Positions 1 to 12,530 are shown, counted from the first letter of the whole stretch. The stretch: DNA of 60,094 nt, filler included, from Sphacelaria rigidula (GCA_964200075.2; 9 parts of 9 records of this genome joined end to end with filler, not necessarily neighbours in it); one strand, 5' to 3'. Notes: generated by a model not told the origin, from the letters alone. Made by a program: numbers and translations.

Positions 1-64
1 GGACACACACAAAACACAAAAGAACAAAAAACAAAAAGACCACCCCCCCCCCCCCCCCCCCCCC

Positions 65-656
65 TCCAGACATAATGGAAGTAAGGAAAAAAGGAGCGCT
101 CAGACGCAAAGTAGACGAGGAAAAACATCTAAAGATATACGGGGGGTTGAGAGAGAGGATAGGGATGAAAACATATTTCTATGGCCCTATGGATGCGGCG
201 AAAAAATTAAAACTGAGATTTCGGGTGGGAGACGTGGACCTGCCACAAAGAAGAAAGAGTAATACCGGTAGTCGAGAGAAGGAGGAAGTAGATGCACAGA
301 GCTGCCCCTGTGGCAAAGCAATAGAGAGCAGAAGTCATATAGTGGCAGAATGTGATTTATACAAGGAGGAACGGGACGTGCTAGAGGGGGAAATGCGGGA
401 CGTGAATGAAGGTGGCATGAAATCGTTTGATGCATTAGACAGTAGCGAGAAAACGGTGGCTGTGCTAGGAGGTAGATGGTGGCCACAGACGTAGAAATAG
501 GACGGGGATAAAGTATGTACAAGATTTTTTGGAAGGAACGTAATGAGCGCCGGAATGTTGAAGGTGTCTCTTTAAGTAGTAGGAACGGTGCTCCATCTCG
601 GAAGGGATGCGTGGTCAGTGGTCACACGACTAGGGCAAGCAACAAATGAGTACGCA
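65..656 (+). mobile_element. Non-LTR retrotransposon (LINE) 5'-truncated 3' end: ORF2 C-terminus with Cys/His motif
   Basis: ORF 75-494 has CPCGKAIESRSHIVAEC (CxC-x7-H-x4-C, like the zinc motif at LINE ORF2 C-termini). Homologous copies at 58367-59536, 59541-60050 and 36495-36763. Ends AACAAATGAGTACGC followed by a C-rich tract. Confidence 0.8.
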
Positions 657-3600
657 GCCCCAACCCTCCTCCCCACCCCCCTCACCCCCCGAGGGTAGTT
701 TCAAATTTTCGGTGCTCAAACAGTGCCAGTACCCACACTCAATCAATTTATTCAGGTACACTTAGCCCAAGTAATTTGGCCTTCTGCTGTCTTTGATGTA
801 GACTGATCATACGGTAGTCGAGTGATTGATATCTCACATTCTAGATCAAGTGAGTAGTATGAGTAGACTCGACTCAAGTAATCTGTATGCAGGTATATCA
901 AATTCAACTGATTGAGTCTTTATACTCGAAAGTCAAGCAGTTTTGGTCTCTGTCTTGGATATAGTTCGGCCATAATGTAGTCGAGTGATTGATATCGGCA
1001 ATACTAGATCCACGTGATCAGTGGGCCCAAACACAACTCGAGTAATTTCATATGAACAGGTGGTACTCTCAACTCAGGTACTTGGGTCTTCTAATTTATA
1101 GTCTAAGATCGAGCCGTTTTGGTCATTGCCTTGGACAAAGACTGACCATACTGCATTCAAGCGAAGAAGACCGGGCATACTTGACTCGAATGGTTACTGG
1201 TCTATACTCAACTCGAAAAAGTTGTATAGCTTAGACCACATTCGAGTAGTTTCGTCTCCTGAAATCTAGAACCGGGTATTGTTTTTGCTTTACATCCCCA
1301 GCCTGGGGCATAACCAACGTACTTAAAAGGAGGAGCACGACATTTCCTCAATACTACCACCACCACCACCACCCTCAACTTCCAACCTCCAACTTCCCCC
1401 TCCCCCCCAAACCGACCAAATTTCAACTTTCTGAGGTTATGGTGTCTTGACTCCAATCTACGAGAGTCCTGGACAAAGCACTATGTTTTGCGCACGCCGT
1501 GCGAATGTGTCTGAAACCTGGTATGCTCGGCCCACGTGAGACGTTCGGCTGCTTCCTTCAACAAGTAACCTTCCGTGTTTTTATCGCTGCACGCCTGAAC
1601 GAAGAAGGGTATCGACGTTGGAACGATGCCGCAAAGAGCTGGAAGTGGCCATGGGCCTCAATCGCCTCCTTTGCGAGATCCAACCTGACTCTGCGAAAGT
1701 GGTGAGGAGAGGCGTGCGGGCAAAAACAGTATGCAAAACCGTGGAAAACCTTGATGATTTGTGTCAAACCCATGTCGAGAAAAAGCATTCAGAAAAACAG
1801 ATACTTTCGTCTCGGCGATTTACATCACTTGACTGATCAGTGCTGGTATCTACAACGGCCGGGGCGGGGAAGGGTGTAACTTTGTGCCGAGATATACAGT
1901 GAGCATCGTGAGTATCGTGAGCATCGTCCAGCTATCTGTTTGATGCTGGAGTATTTTGTTGAGGGAGAAAACCGACACATTCTCCTTTCCTGTATATTTA
2001 CCTCTATCTCTGTCGGTGTTTAGTTGTCCACCTTTTGCTCTGTCTCTTTCGCTGTTCGTCATTGCTTCAACCTCTACTTACACACAGCTTATTTTCTACA
2101 TTCCGTCTCCATTGGCGCTTCGTTCAGATGAGATCTACCCTGCTAGTGGCCGAGATTAACGTACTGACTCGGCTTCGAAACGCCGCTGCGGTGAGCTCTC
2201 TCGTGGCCGGTAGAGAGAGTGACTTCCTTCAATGCTCCACTCAACTTCTCTACTACTGTGTTCAGGTACATACAACGACCACTGGCATTAGTGAGTGCTG
2301 AATGCTGTGGGCAAGTAAAGTCAAACGACAATGAGTGGCACCCGCCTTGCTACGTCCACCCGCTCCGCACTATACCTCGGTACGTGTCATCTGACCGTCA
2401 TGGAAGCAACGTGCAATGGATGCGCTATAGAGCAGTCAGTTTTACCCGATGACACTCGCAAGAGGAAACGGAGGTGATGATACTACCCATCGTCGAAGCG
2501 TTGACGTGCAGTGTGTAGCACTCAATCTCAAACGAGATACGGTAGTAGCGCATGACTTGTGAGATCGGTCCCATGGCGGACGTGAAACGTGTTGTCTTCT
2601 CGAGACCACGGTCCTGAACCAATTCAACGATGATCATGTTTGACTTCACTCCTTCCGTCCTGCTTTACGACGGCTACAGGCTGGCCTCATTACTAGACCC
2701 AAAACAGCGCCTCCGGTCACTCGAGATTTAGGAGCTTGGACCGGAAGGTCTGAGAAGAAAAGCTCGTGCCAGCCATTCGGGGGGCGTGACCATCGGTTTT
2801 GGTGTTCGGAGTTTTGTACATTCGAGTGAATTTCCGAGTATAGATCTGTTCTTGGTCTCCAGAAAAAAGTATGATAGAACCAGTAAAAGTGCCCTTCTAA
2901 TTCTAATGGTCGATGCGCTACTATCTTGACAATATCTTGGTTTTTGTACCGTATGGTCACCAACCAGCACCGCCACTTGAGCGTGGTTGGTGTCCCAGGA
3001 TAGTGTCGAAGAATTGGAAGTGCCTGGATGACCGATCTGAGCGCGCGGTGTACTCCAAGCTTTTATACGGTTTCAGGGAACCTACTTGTTGTTTTACGTT
3101 TTGCTACTGCTTGTCCCATTTGCACCGGAGACACTTTCTGGGCTTAGCGGTGGGACCAACCTGTACGTGAAGTTTTGCTTTGTTCAAATCTAGTAATTTC
3201 CGGTTTGCATCTCTGTCCTTCAATTTGAAGATGACCATGTGATATTTTCACTTCTTCCGTCCGAATCAAATACGGCCATGGAGTTGAAGCCTACTTCACA
3301 AAAATGGTCTTGTGAAAGCTTGCTTTGCACGTATACCCCCTTGATCATTTAGGACGAGGCGGTCTCCATGCCTTCGTTGGTCCGATATCGACATGTCGCC
3401 GCGCACAGTTGGTTGAGGCTGATCGCTTACATGGCGTAAGACATACCTCTCCACCGTACAGTAGACCACACGTACAATATGCACGCAATCTCTCCATGTG
3501 TTCCGATATTCGTCATCAATCTGTCACCTCTTCCGATACTCGTGGCAGCCATTTTGCCTGACAGCGGCCACGCCGACACAGATGGCAACACCGTACGATT

Positions 3601-5765
3601 TCACGCTATTCGATTCGGTTTCGATCCTCGGTGATACCTGACTTTTCGTTGCTCGCCATCAATCCTGCGGGGGTGCTCTACACGCCAAGTTCCATACGCC
3701 CGTTTTTTTTTCCCCCGACGTATTCCGCAGCTGGTGGAGGACACCTTCGACGACTCGCGGGTCACAGCTGGGTTGTCACGCTTGTGCATCCGCCGGTGTG
3801 CAGAAGACGACCCAGTGGATGTCTCGCTCCTCGGCGGGTTGTACCGGCGCCTTTTTCTGAGTTCCTGCAGTAGGGTGAGATAGACAAGAAAGAAATCAGC
3901 ATGTTTCTGCCTTTTCCATGTTCTTTATTACACGTGTTATACGCAAGCAGTATTGACTGCACTTTTAGGCGATATGGCGTAAGTGAAGTTTGACCCCGTT
4001 CGAGACCCCACCTTGAAATGGATGCTTCCTTTCTACCGAAGGAGTAATAGTGCAAGATGGTTTCCCCCGCGGCAAAGTAGAACCCCGCCTGGTACGCGTG
4101 GAAAAACAAAGCTCTAACATCGAAACACCCGCTGCATATGTAACGCGTCTGCGTCAAAGCAGTGATTGTGATGATACGGCGGGCCAGGAATTGCACGCGC
4201 CTGACGTCTACCAACAGTTGCGGTTCGATCGGGGGCTTGGTTTTTCATGCCTGGTGCGCCAACCGGGGTATCCGCTGCGAGGATTTACTGATAATGCAAT
4301 CCTGCCACGAAGCGGTAGTAGTTAGACGAAATATCCACATATTTTGCAACGCATCCGGGTGATGTTTTGCGCAGGACGATGCCTTTTTGGCCGCGGACGA
4401 GTTTATGTTGAGAGCGAAGGATCTCCAGGAAGGGCCGCGCATGCCTACCGGTGACGTCGACTACATGGCTGCGAAGGTATAAAATACTACGGTTTTTTGT
4501 TCCGACGAGATTATTTGTCTATAAGCTAACCCCAATTCCAGCTCATGAACCGTAGAGTGCGACGGCTTAGCGGATGCCTGATTCGACGTCCTACGGTAGA
4601 ATATCGTTCAGCGCGCTATCTCTGAGCATATGTCTAGATTGGAGAGCACAATGAACAAGCCATTCCTGTAGCAGGGTTGCCCCACAGTGTCGAACATTCG
4701 AGACGTGAGCTTTCGGTTCGGTTTCGAACCCGTGTATGTCAGTACTTTGTTTTGTGTGCGGTTTGGTCCTATTGCTGTAATGCCCAGCTTCGCGATGACA
4801 TTGAACAGGCTTGCCATCATCATGCCACTGTCGCCGTCTCCCCTCGATCATTTTTTTGTGGTCACGTACTTCCAGTATCTTCATCGGACGGCAGAAGACT
4901 CAACCTTATCCGAGCTATCGCTTTGATCGTACACATGGACTACAAATCGATGTGCACGTTGCAAAGCAAGTTCTTCCGTGTGCATTTGATTCGAGCCATG
5001 CTACCGCGTTGATTATCCGTATCTCGACACGTGTCGTATGTTGACCTCACTACGGTGCAATAATAGCACTGCGGTACCTCGTTTCGTAAATTACAATGGA
5101 TCTATGTTCTCCCGACACCAATTTCTTACCCCTACACAAGCTCAGAACACCGTGCCCTGCAGATATGTGTGACCCCGCGCCCGCCCCCACCTGCCGATGC
5201 TGCTGGGCGCGCACCCGTTGATCCAGTGCTACAATATTGGTCTGCAAATGTTGGAGATGAGTCAAGCTTCGGAAGCTGAGCGCTTCGTCGGGAAAGCGCT
5301 TGGGTTGATCCGGGTCGGTGCCAGCGAGTCGTTTTCGAGCCGTTGGACTGAGGCGATGCACAAGGTATAGCGCAGTGAGCCCTGTTCTCGATGGAGGTGT
5401 ATAGTACAACTGTACATTTGATCAGTTGCGTCTTTGTAGCGAAATTGGACACGCAGCACCTCTGACGTTGTCTGGTACAAATAACTTCGTAGATACTCAC
5501 GTCGTATTGACATGTTTTTGAGGGATACCAGTCGATTGCCTGTCTGCGTTTGATGGTGCTACGCATCTTTTGCGACAACCCAAGTCCGAGAACCAGAACA
5601 CGCTCCCCATCGAACGTTACACGAAAAATATTCTGAGATCTAGTCCCACGCCCTTTGCACTTTACTTCTTGCTGCTGCTCGAATGAAGCGTTGGAAGAGT
5701 TTAAAAAATAGCAATTGACAGTCCCTGCAATAAAAGTGCAAAAGGAGACAACCGGAACCAGGGGG

Positions 5766-6293
5766 CTACGAGAAAAATTTCGGACACGGACCCCCCCCCT
5801 CTCCCGTCGAGCATTTTTTTCGAAAGTTGTCATGAACTTCTTGATTCTTTCGTTAAATATTGTTGCAAGAAATCGATCCAGAAACACTGACAAAAACCGA
5901 AAAGTCTGGTGGGCTTTGCGGGGTTCGTATAATCGCTTCTGCTCCTTGCCCGTTATGGGCCGATGGCTTCAGATGCCGACTGCGCTCACGCACATGTGTG
6001 TACACGAGCGCACGGTAGCGATAGCCTGTAGCTAAAGTAGTAACAACATCTCACGCCTGGCCAACTTGCCCGGACTACTGGTAGGTGCCCGAGCCACACG
6101 ACACGGAACATGATCCCACAAATGTAGTCATGGTGAGTCATAAGCTTGGACAGGGCGGCGTGTTCGCCGTGTCAGCGGTCCCCATGCCAAGGATCTCTGC
6201 ACACGGCAGCTGACCGCATCCGCTAACGCCTCGACAACAAACTAGGCGACAGCAGGCTGGGTGTCCCCCTACCCCCCCCTACTTTTTTCGTAG
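5766..6293. mobile_element. Non-autonomous DNA-transposon-like dispersed repeat (MITE-like)
   Basis: Colinear similarity to 25672-26190 on another contig. Short imperfect inverted ends CTACGAGAAAAA / TTTTTTCGTAG. No credible ORF. Confidence 0.55.
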
Positions 6294-6589
6294 TAGGAAC
6301 TGTGCTCCGTCTCGAGAGGGATGCGTGGTCAATGGTCAAACGACAAAGACAAGCCATGAATGAGTGCGCCACCCCCCCCCCACGTCCTCCGCCTGGTCCG
6401 GCGAGAACCCGGCGTGCTCCGCCCCGGCTTTGTCGGGGCGGACCCCCAAGGGGCTGGCGTCGGTTGGCAATGACGCTGTAAAACACGCCACTCACTGAGT
6501 AAGGTAGGCAACCAGGTTACCGCTCTTTTTCGCGCACTCGCGTTTTTTTTGCGGTAACCATGATGGTAGTCGAGCTAGATCATGTTGTG
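6292..6589 (+). mobile_element. LINE 3' tail fragment followed by SINE-like element fragments
   Basis: 6292-6381 matches the LINE tail (GGGATGCGTGGTCAATGGTCAAACGAC...ATGAGTGCGCC + C run). 6450-6589 matches 56970-57090. Confidence 0.65.
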
Positions 6590-6689
6590 NNNNNNNNNNN
6601 NNNNNNNNNNNNNNNNNNNNNNNNNNNNNNNNNTTAATTAATTAANNNNNNNNNNNNNNNNNNNNNNNNNNNNNNNNNNNNNNNNNNNN
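6590..6689. other. Artificial scaffold linker (first of eight; others start at 13279, 19968, 26656, 33344, 40032, 46720, 53408)
   Basis: 44 N + TTAATTAATTAA (stops in all six frames) + 44 N, recurring every 6688-6689 bp. Confidence 0.98.
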
Positions 6690-6782
6690 AAACCGGTGGT
6701 TCTAGTCCAACACCCAATATTTTTTACATTTTTTGTCTGCGCTCGCGTCCCCCCCCCCCCCCCTCGTTCGCTCCCCACTCAC

Positions 6783-7215
6783 TTCCGAATCTTATCCTGT
6801 AGAGAACGAAGTGCGGTGAGCACCGCCTTACTCCCGCTGCTAGCCCCCCACCCCCTCGCCCTAGTCGTTTCCCCCCCGACCGACGAATACAGCCCGCCCG
6901 TGCCCCCCGGCGGCTCTCCCGGGCGTGACGTCGAGGGATTGCTACGGATTCCATCTCGGATTCCGGAGATTGCCGGATTACTCGAACGTGACCCATCTCG
7001 ACGGTCCATTGCGGTTGCGGTATTAGCTGTTGTGGAGTGAGCGATGGCTGCTGCTACAGCGGCAGCCGCAGCGGCGGAGGCTGAGTTAGGTCTGCTAGTA
7101 ACTGGATCCAATCCGAACGCGGCGCGGCTGCTACCATCACCACCACCGCTGCCCCCGCCGGCATTATACCTAGGGCCGCCTGCCATCATGCTCGTCGCAG
7201 ATATGGAGGCACTAC
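6783..7215 (-). CDS. CEP57/translokin-like centrosomal protein, exon 2 (gene truncated by contig end)
   Basis: Acceptor TTTCTACAG|G at 7216/7215 is in phase with exon 1. The exon ends SKAVLTALRSLQDKIRK at a GTGAGT donor. This peptide resembles the conserved start of the CEP57 coiled coil (SRAIFSALKNLQDKIRRLE, recalled from memory). Confidence 0.7.
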
Positions 7216-7502
7216 CTGTAGAAATGAATTTTATTAGGTATCCCCGGGTGCGCGTCTTAAAAATAACGGTTTTCTGCGCTTTTTCTCCTAGAACGGACAG
7301 CTACAGCGCTCCGACCATACAAGAATAATCATTCGGTGTCTCAAACGATTTTTTCCATAATAATACCAGACGATATTCACGAAACAACAATGAGATCGCT
7401 GAAAAAGCGCGTTAACGCATGTCTTCCCTCACAGTAGACTGCTGATAGAAAGGGAAAAAAAAAAACGAAAATCGATCACCGAATGACCGTCACAGTGGTT
7501 AC

Positions 7503-8019
7503 CGTCGAGCCGCTGCATGGTGGCTTTGATATCCGAGAGATCCGCATCTGCTTCTGTTCGCCAGTCCCTGATCCTTGTTGCCCCCCTCGCGGCGGCGGCC
7601 GCGGCGGCCGCGGTCCCTCCAGTCGCAGGACCCACGGCGCCACCGACTGAAGAATCCCACGTTCCTCGTAGTGATCTGCGGCCGTCGCCGCCACTACCGC
7701 CGTCTAGCCTTTCCAACCTCCACCGCGATTCTCGTGAACAAAATGGTGCGTCGCCTGACGCCGCGCCTGCCGCTGAATATCTGTCGCCGCTGCTGCCACC
7801 GCCGCGATCAAAGTGACTAAAGCGCGCTGTGTCAAAAATGTCGTCCCTCTCGCCGCCATCGGCGTCGCCACCAACGTTTCGTGTATCTGCTGTATGTCGC
7901 GACGCTGTTCTCGCCGTAGGTTCGAAAAAGAAGTCTCCACCTGCCCCTCCACTTCCTGTCCCGTGTTCGATCTCGACGCTCCCTTGTCGGGCAAGTAAGG
8001 AGAATTGTGACGTTGCCAT
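7503..8019 (-). CDS. CEP57/translokin-like centrosomal protein, putative exon 1
   Basis: ATG at 8019 and open frame MATSQFSLLARQ...DLSDIKATMQRLD. Donor G|GTAACC at 7502 is phase 1 and matches the next exon. Confidence 0.65.
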
Positions 8020-9284
8020 GCAGAGGGGGGCAGAGAAGTAACGGACGGGCGAACATGATGTGGTGTTTGACGCCTTCGACGTCGTTTTTTTGCGACGGTG
8101 TCACGTTTTAAAAATAGCGTTCACTTGACCCCGTCGTATGCCTGGGACCTCCTCGTTTGGGGGACACCAGTATACACAAGATTATCGTAACACCAATGAG
8201 GTCACAACTGGAGGGAGCATACAAGCGCAAGGTAGGATTACGGTATTGAGAGCGTAGACACTCGAGCTGACGCACGCGGAGGATACTTTCTGACTGCCCA
8301 AATGCCTCTCTGTTGTCCTTCCCGCGGAATTACACGCTACGATCACAACTTTCACCTGAACGACATCTTGTCCACACACAACACATACTCAGAACCTTCA
8401 TCCTCAACCCTGACGAGGGTAAAAACCTGACACTTGACCTGCCAGCAGCAAGCTGTGCTTCGTCTGTTTCAAGCAGCAAACAGTTTTCGCGATAACGGCG
8501 CATAGCACACAGCCCACGCCCAGAAACCTGCGCTTCATTTACAGTAAACAACGCAGGGCAGTGTGTGTTCACCTGTACGCCTCACGTGCACTCGAGTGGG
8601 AGATCCCTCTCGCGCGGTGCGTCCCGTCGTCTCTCTACCAAACCCCCCCGCTTGTCGTCGTTCGAATGACTCGCCCTGCTGCTGCGTTGAACGACGGCCA
8701 GAGTCATTCTCGGAAAAATACGTCTCGAATTCCTTCCCGCGGATCTCGCAGTTGCTTCCACTATCACCCGTAGTGTCCCCTTCGGCTGGCCCTTCTGCTC
8801 CAAGACGCTGCCAACGCTGCTCTCCACCTCCTCCCTCGTTGTTCTCGGCGATTCGATTGTGTTGTTGCGGGGGTAGCTGGCGGTGTCTTTCCCGTGTTTG
8901 GGCGTTGGCAGTAGTGCAGGCAGTGCCTTCCCACGAATCCTTGCTTTTCTTCTCGTCGTGACTTCCGCTCTATATTTGATGGTGTATACGGTATACATCA
9001 GTAGTGCACAGCAGATAGTAAAGAGTTTCGGAAAAAAAAAACATAATTCATTTCAGAATCAGGACGGAAGAACTTCGGAGTGGAAGGTTTCAAAAAGCTT
9101 GAGGGTGGAAGGTGACAGTTTCAGGATGGAATCTGACGTGACGTGGCTTGACGTTACTTCACTGTTCACAGTGATTGGCCGCAGGTTGCTCCGTGACAAG
9201 ATGTGCGATCGACCAGCATCCGGTCCGAGATACACAGGGAAGTACGTCACTGCACAGTAGCGAGTCTGAAGTACAGACAGTGAT

Positions 9285-9455
9285 CATCACTGTATTATGC
9301 CGTACCCTGCGGCACCGTACCGTACCGCACCGTACACTATACTTCATTGCACTTGCACTACAGTGCAGTGTCGAGTAGAGTAGAGTGCAGTGCAGTGCAG
9401 TGCAGTGCAGAACTCTACAGTACATTGCGGTACGGTAAAGTACAGCGATACCGTA
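9285..9455. repeat. Degenerate pentamer microsatellite (GTGCA/GTACC/GTAGA)n
   Basis: Visible tandem 5-mers, e.g. AGTGCAGTGCAGTGCAGTGCAG. Confidence 0.8.
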
Positions 9456-9651
9456 CACACAGGACGACAGCACTTCCAGAGAACAGAAAAAAATCGAGTT
9501 AATTTTGCAGACGACACCACGGCTGGCCCCATGGGTGGTCAGTTAAAGTGCGACAATCAATCAATCAATCAATCAATCGATCAACCAACCACCCAATCCA
9601 TAACGGTGGTGCAAGACGTCACGGCCCCTCACGGGACGGTAGTGCATGCAG

Positions 9652-9948
9652 TGCCCCGGTGGTGTAATGGTCCGACTGTCGCCATTAGGGTGGAGAGAAC
9701 AAGGGTTCAATTCCCGATGCGTTGGTGTTTTCTTCGTAATGTCTGATTTCCACCGCGGAAAGCGTGAGAACGTGAGTAAACAAAATAGTCGAGTGAGTTT
9801 GTTTGGTGTGAGTCGACGCCGTGCGGGAGTACTGATAGTCATGACCCAATCCGCGAGACCAAAATGCAAGGCGTGTACCAGGGGAGAGATAGGTTGACTC
9901 ATCCCGAGGAGGGGGAGGAGTTTAAAGTGTGACGAATAAAAATAAAAA
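9652..9948 (+). mobile_element. tRNA-derived SINE
   Basis: A-box-like TGGTGTAATGG and B-box-like GGTTCAATTCC, no intact cloverleaf, A-rich tail AATAAAAATAAAAA. The 3' end TTAAAGTGTGAC resembles TTAAAGTGCGAC(AATC)n just upstream at ~9543. Confidence 0.6.
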
Positions 9949-11134
9949 TTGCAGTCAGGTGCAGCACTGCTCCTGTGCTGTAGACGACGAACCGTTCACA
10001 CAGTCTCCTTCCAGCTGAGGCTGGGATTAGTGAGGAGCCGTACCGAAGGCAACTTTTTCTTGTGCGCGGCGAGCATTTAAAAGTTCACGCAACACATCCA
10101 AGCAAATGTTGATACCCATGGCGACGTCAGGGAGGTCCTCTGATTGCGATGCCAAGCGTTGCTACTTCGTGACTGGTCTATTGTGGTGAGCATGGCAGTT
10201 GTGATGGATGTCCCACTTTGCTTGTGAAGGTGTTGTAATTGCAAACTGGCTGTGGCAGTGGTGGTAGGGGTGGTGGGGGTGGTTCTTCTTCGTTCTGTAC
10301 TGAAGGCTGAAGAGGCACACCGGACTTCAGCATGGAGTGCTGCAAGCAGGGCTTCGACCAGTGTGGTACACCAACAATTAATCAAGGGTTGGGTTATTGA
10401 TCAAAAGTTGATTTGATTATTGATCGACTAGGGTTGACTAGTTGATTTAATCAATAATCATGATGAGTTGATCATTTTCGTAAATGAGAGAGGCGTTTGC
10501 GCCATGTAACGCCATTTTTTCGCCGTGCAACGCCACTTTTTCCCCGCGGCGCGCGCGAGCAAACGATGGATCTACTCAAGACGACGGTACACGGCTAGAG
10601 TAGATACACACAACACTGTTCACACATGGCAGTAGCGACATACAACAGACCGCACGTCACACAACACAGCAGTAGAGCAGTATGCTCAGGGTTACGCGTA
10701 ACTCGACAGCATGAGTGGCGCGGTCAGTCGTGGTGCAGGCGCTGCACCCGCCGCCGGCAATGCCGCAGCGGAGTGTTCTCCCTCACCAGACATCCCCCCC
10801 CCCAGACAACAGTCAAGCTGGAACTAGAGCCGACTCTGCCGTCTTGGTGGCACTGTCTGCCGACGGAGACGAAGAATGAATACGAACGTCCAGAGGACGG
10901 GGAGAGCGCAGCTGTTTCACAGTCCTCATCCTGTCAAGAGTCCATGCGGGGCATGTGGAAGTCGCCGGCCCAAAGAAGTCATGATACTGGCAATTTTATT
11001 TCCAAGCGCGGATGGAACCCGCAAGAACAAGGTAACGTTTGTCATCCTGTCTATTCTGGACGCCAGTCTACACCTTTCGGTGTATGTGGACGCACAAGCC
11101 GGGGTCACATGGGAGGAATGCCAACACAGGAGCT

Positions 11135-11381
11135 CTTTATTTTTGTTTGTTTTTATTTTACCACCTGCCTTCTGCGGTGGTTGCCTCCATTTTTTATAGA
11201 GGGGTTCAGCAGTCTCTTTCCCTCGTCGACCGTTAAATCGATTTTTGTGTACCCACGACATAGTCACTCTCCACTGTTGGGCATCATGTGAGAAAAAATC
11301 CCAGATCGCTCCGAGAGTCGAACCCACGACCCAACCGTCAGAATGTTTCGAGGTTACCAACTGAGCCACCGGGGCGACCGG
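11135..11381 (-). mobile_element. tRNA-derived SINE inserted in the hAT element
   Basis: Minus strand reads CCGGTCGCCCCGGTGGCTCAGTTGG (A box)...GGGTTCGACTCTC (B box) with an A-rich tail. Related copies at 24660-24810 (+) and 26540-26655 (+, 3' part). Confidence 0.75.
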
Positions 11382-11382
11382 T

Positions 11383-11626
11383 AACGTGTAGAGTACCCAA
11401 AATGAAAGATGGTGGTCAGCGCGAAGTGTACCGTAAACTTGAAGCAACACGTGGAGACGCACCGTAAGAATTACCTCTAGTACACCGAACTCCTCGCGAG
11501 GAGTTCGGTGTGCGAGGAGTTCGGTGTACTAGAGGTAATTCTCACGGTGCGTCTCCACGTGTTGCTTCAAGTTTACGGTACACTTCGCGCTGACCACCAT
11601 CTTCCATCTTGGGTACTATACACGTT
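11383..11626. repeat. Near-perfect inverted duplication (foldback) of the hAT BED-finger region
   Basis: 11383-11497 is the reverse complement of 11512-11626. The arm encodes VVSAKCTVNLKQHVETHRKNYL. Homology continues as 10950-11038 vs 11622-11711. Confidence 0.9.
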
Positions 11627-12227
11627 GCCTTGTTCTTGCGGGCTCCATCCCCGCCTTGGAAATGAAAATGACAGTAATCAGAGCTTTTCTGGATCGGCGA
11701 TTTCCACATGCCCAGTACACACACTCCAGTACAAGAGCTGCATTTGGGCCGACACGCACGAAATGGAATCCTGAGTTCGGCGGGGGGCGGTTCAAAATAT
11801 TATTGCACATGGAAACCTTGAATGGTGTTTCGTATCTTCGTATGCATGTAGATGTTCAAACTGAATATTATTGGGGAATGCATTCGCCTACTGCAGCGCT
11901 AATTCAAACACTACATTTTCCCACCGTTGGTAGCTGATCGGGTGCTCCCCATCTGCTACCTACCATGCCAGGTTTTTCTTCGGCGAGGTCAACAAGCAGC
12001 TTGGAAGTACCATCGACGCACAAGAAGCCAAACAGCAACGGCTGCTAGCACAACAAGAGGCCGCGGTCGATACCGTCGACAGCGCCAAAAAAGCCAAACC
12101 CAAAACCGGCGAGATCGCTCTATCGACCCTCACGGAGGAGACGGCCGCAAGGAAGCAGGCGCAACGAGAGAAGAGCGCTGAAATTGGAGCTTCCCTGCGC
12201 ACTATCAGGAAAAAGAAGAAACCGACT

Positions 12228-12530
12228 GTGTCCAAGAGGGACCAGGTTCTTACTAAATGGGATCTCTACAAAGAGGATAATGTATCAGAGGAAGACGTGG
12301 TAAACGCAGGCGGTCGTCTAGGGTGGTGGTCGAAGGCGAAGCGCGTGCATCCTCATGTCGCCATCCTAGCCCTCAAGTACCTCGCGCTCCAGGCTTCATC
12401 TGCCACGCCCGAACGTATCCCTTCTGTAGGCGGACTTGTGGTGACTATAAGGCGCAACCGTCTGAGCGAGGATCGCGTGGCAGACATCGTTTTCTTGCAC
12501 GAGAGCATGAAACACAATCTCTGGTATAGA
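12228..12530 (+). pseudogene. hAT transposase C-terminal dimerisation domain remnant
   Basis: LGWWSKAKRVHPHVAILALKYLALQASSATPERIPSVGGLVVTIRRNRLSEDRVADIVFLHE fits the hATC pattern WW...P.L..LA..YL...ASS...ER.FS..G......R.RL. Confidence 0.88.

Noticed and set aside
2646..2963. Chromodomain-like phrase IVKIVAHR on the minus strand
   Set aside because: Too short, and the surrounding frames do not show the other chromodomain or integrase residues.
5132..5893. 253-aa minus-strand ORF
   Set aside because: It begins inside a dispersed non-coding repeat and shows no recognisable domain. Probably a chance frame, though 5130-5385 could be an isolated exon.
6634..6645. TTAATTAATTAA repeated at regular spacing (array- or CRISPR-like)
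   Set aside because: Always embedded in N runs. It is a six-frame-stop scaffold linker.
8405..8460. Hammerhead-like CTGACGA-GGGT-AAAA-ACCT-GACAC
   Set aside because: The core GAAA is mutated to GACA and I could not find stems I/III with an NUH cleavage site. At best a decayed relic.
9652..9725. Possible tRNA gene (also 11310-11381 minus and ~19130-19250)
   Set aside because: A/B-box-like motifs are present but there is no complete cloverleaf. The first two run into SINE bodies, and the third is too weak to call.
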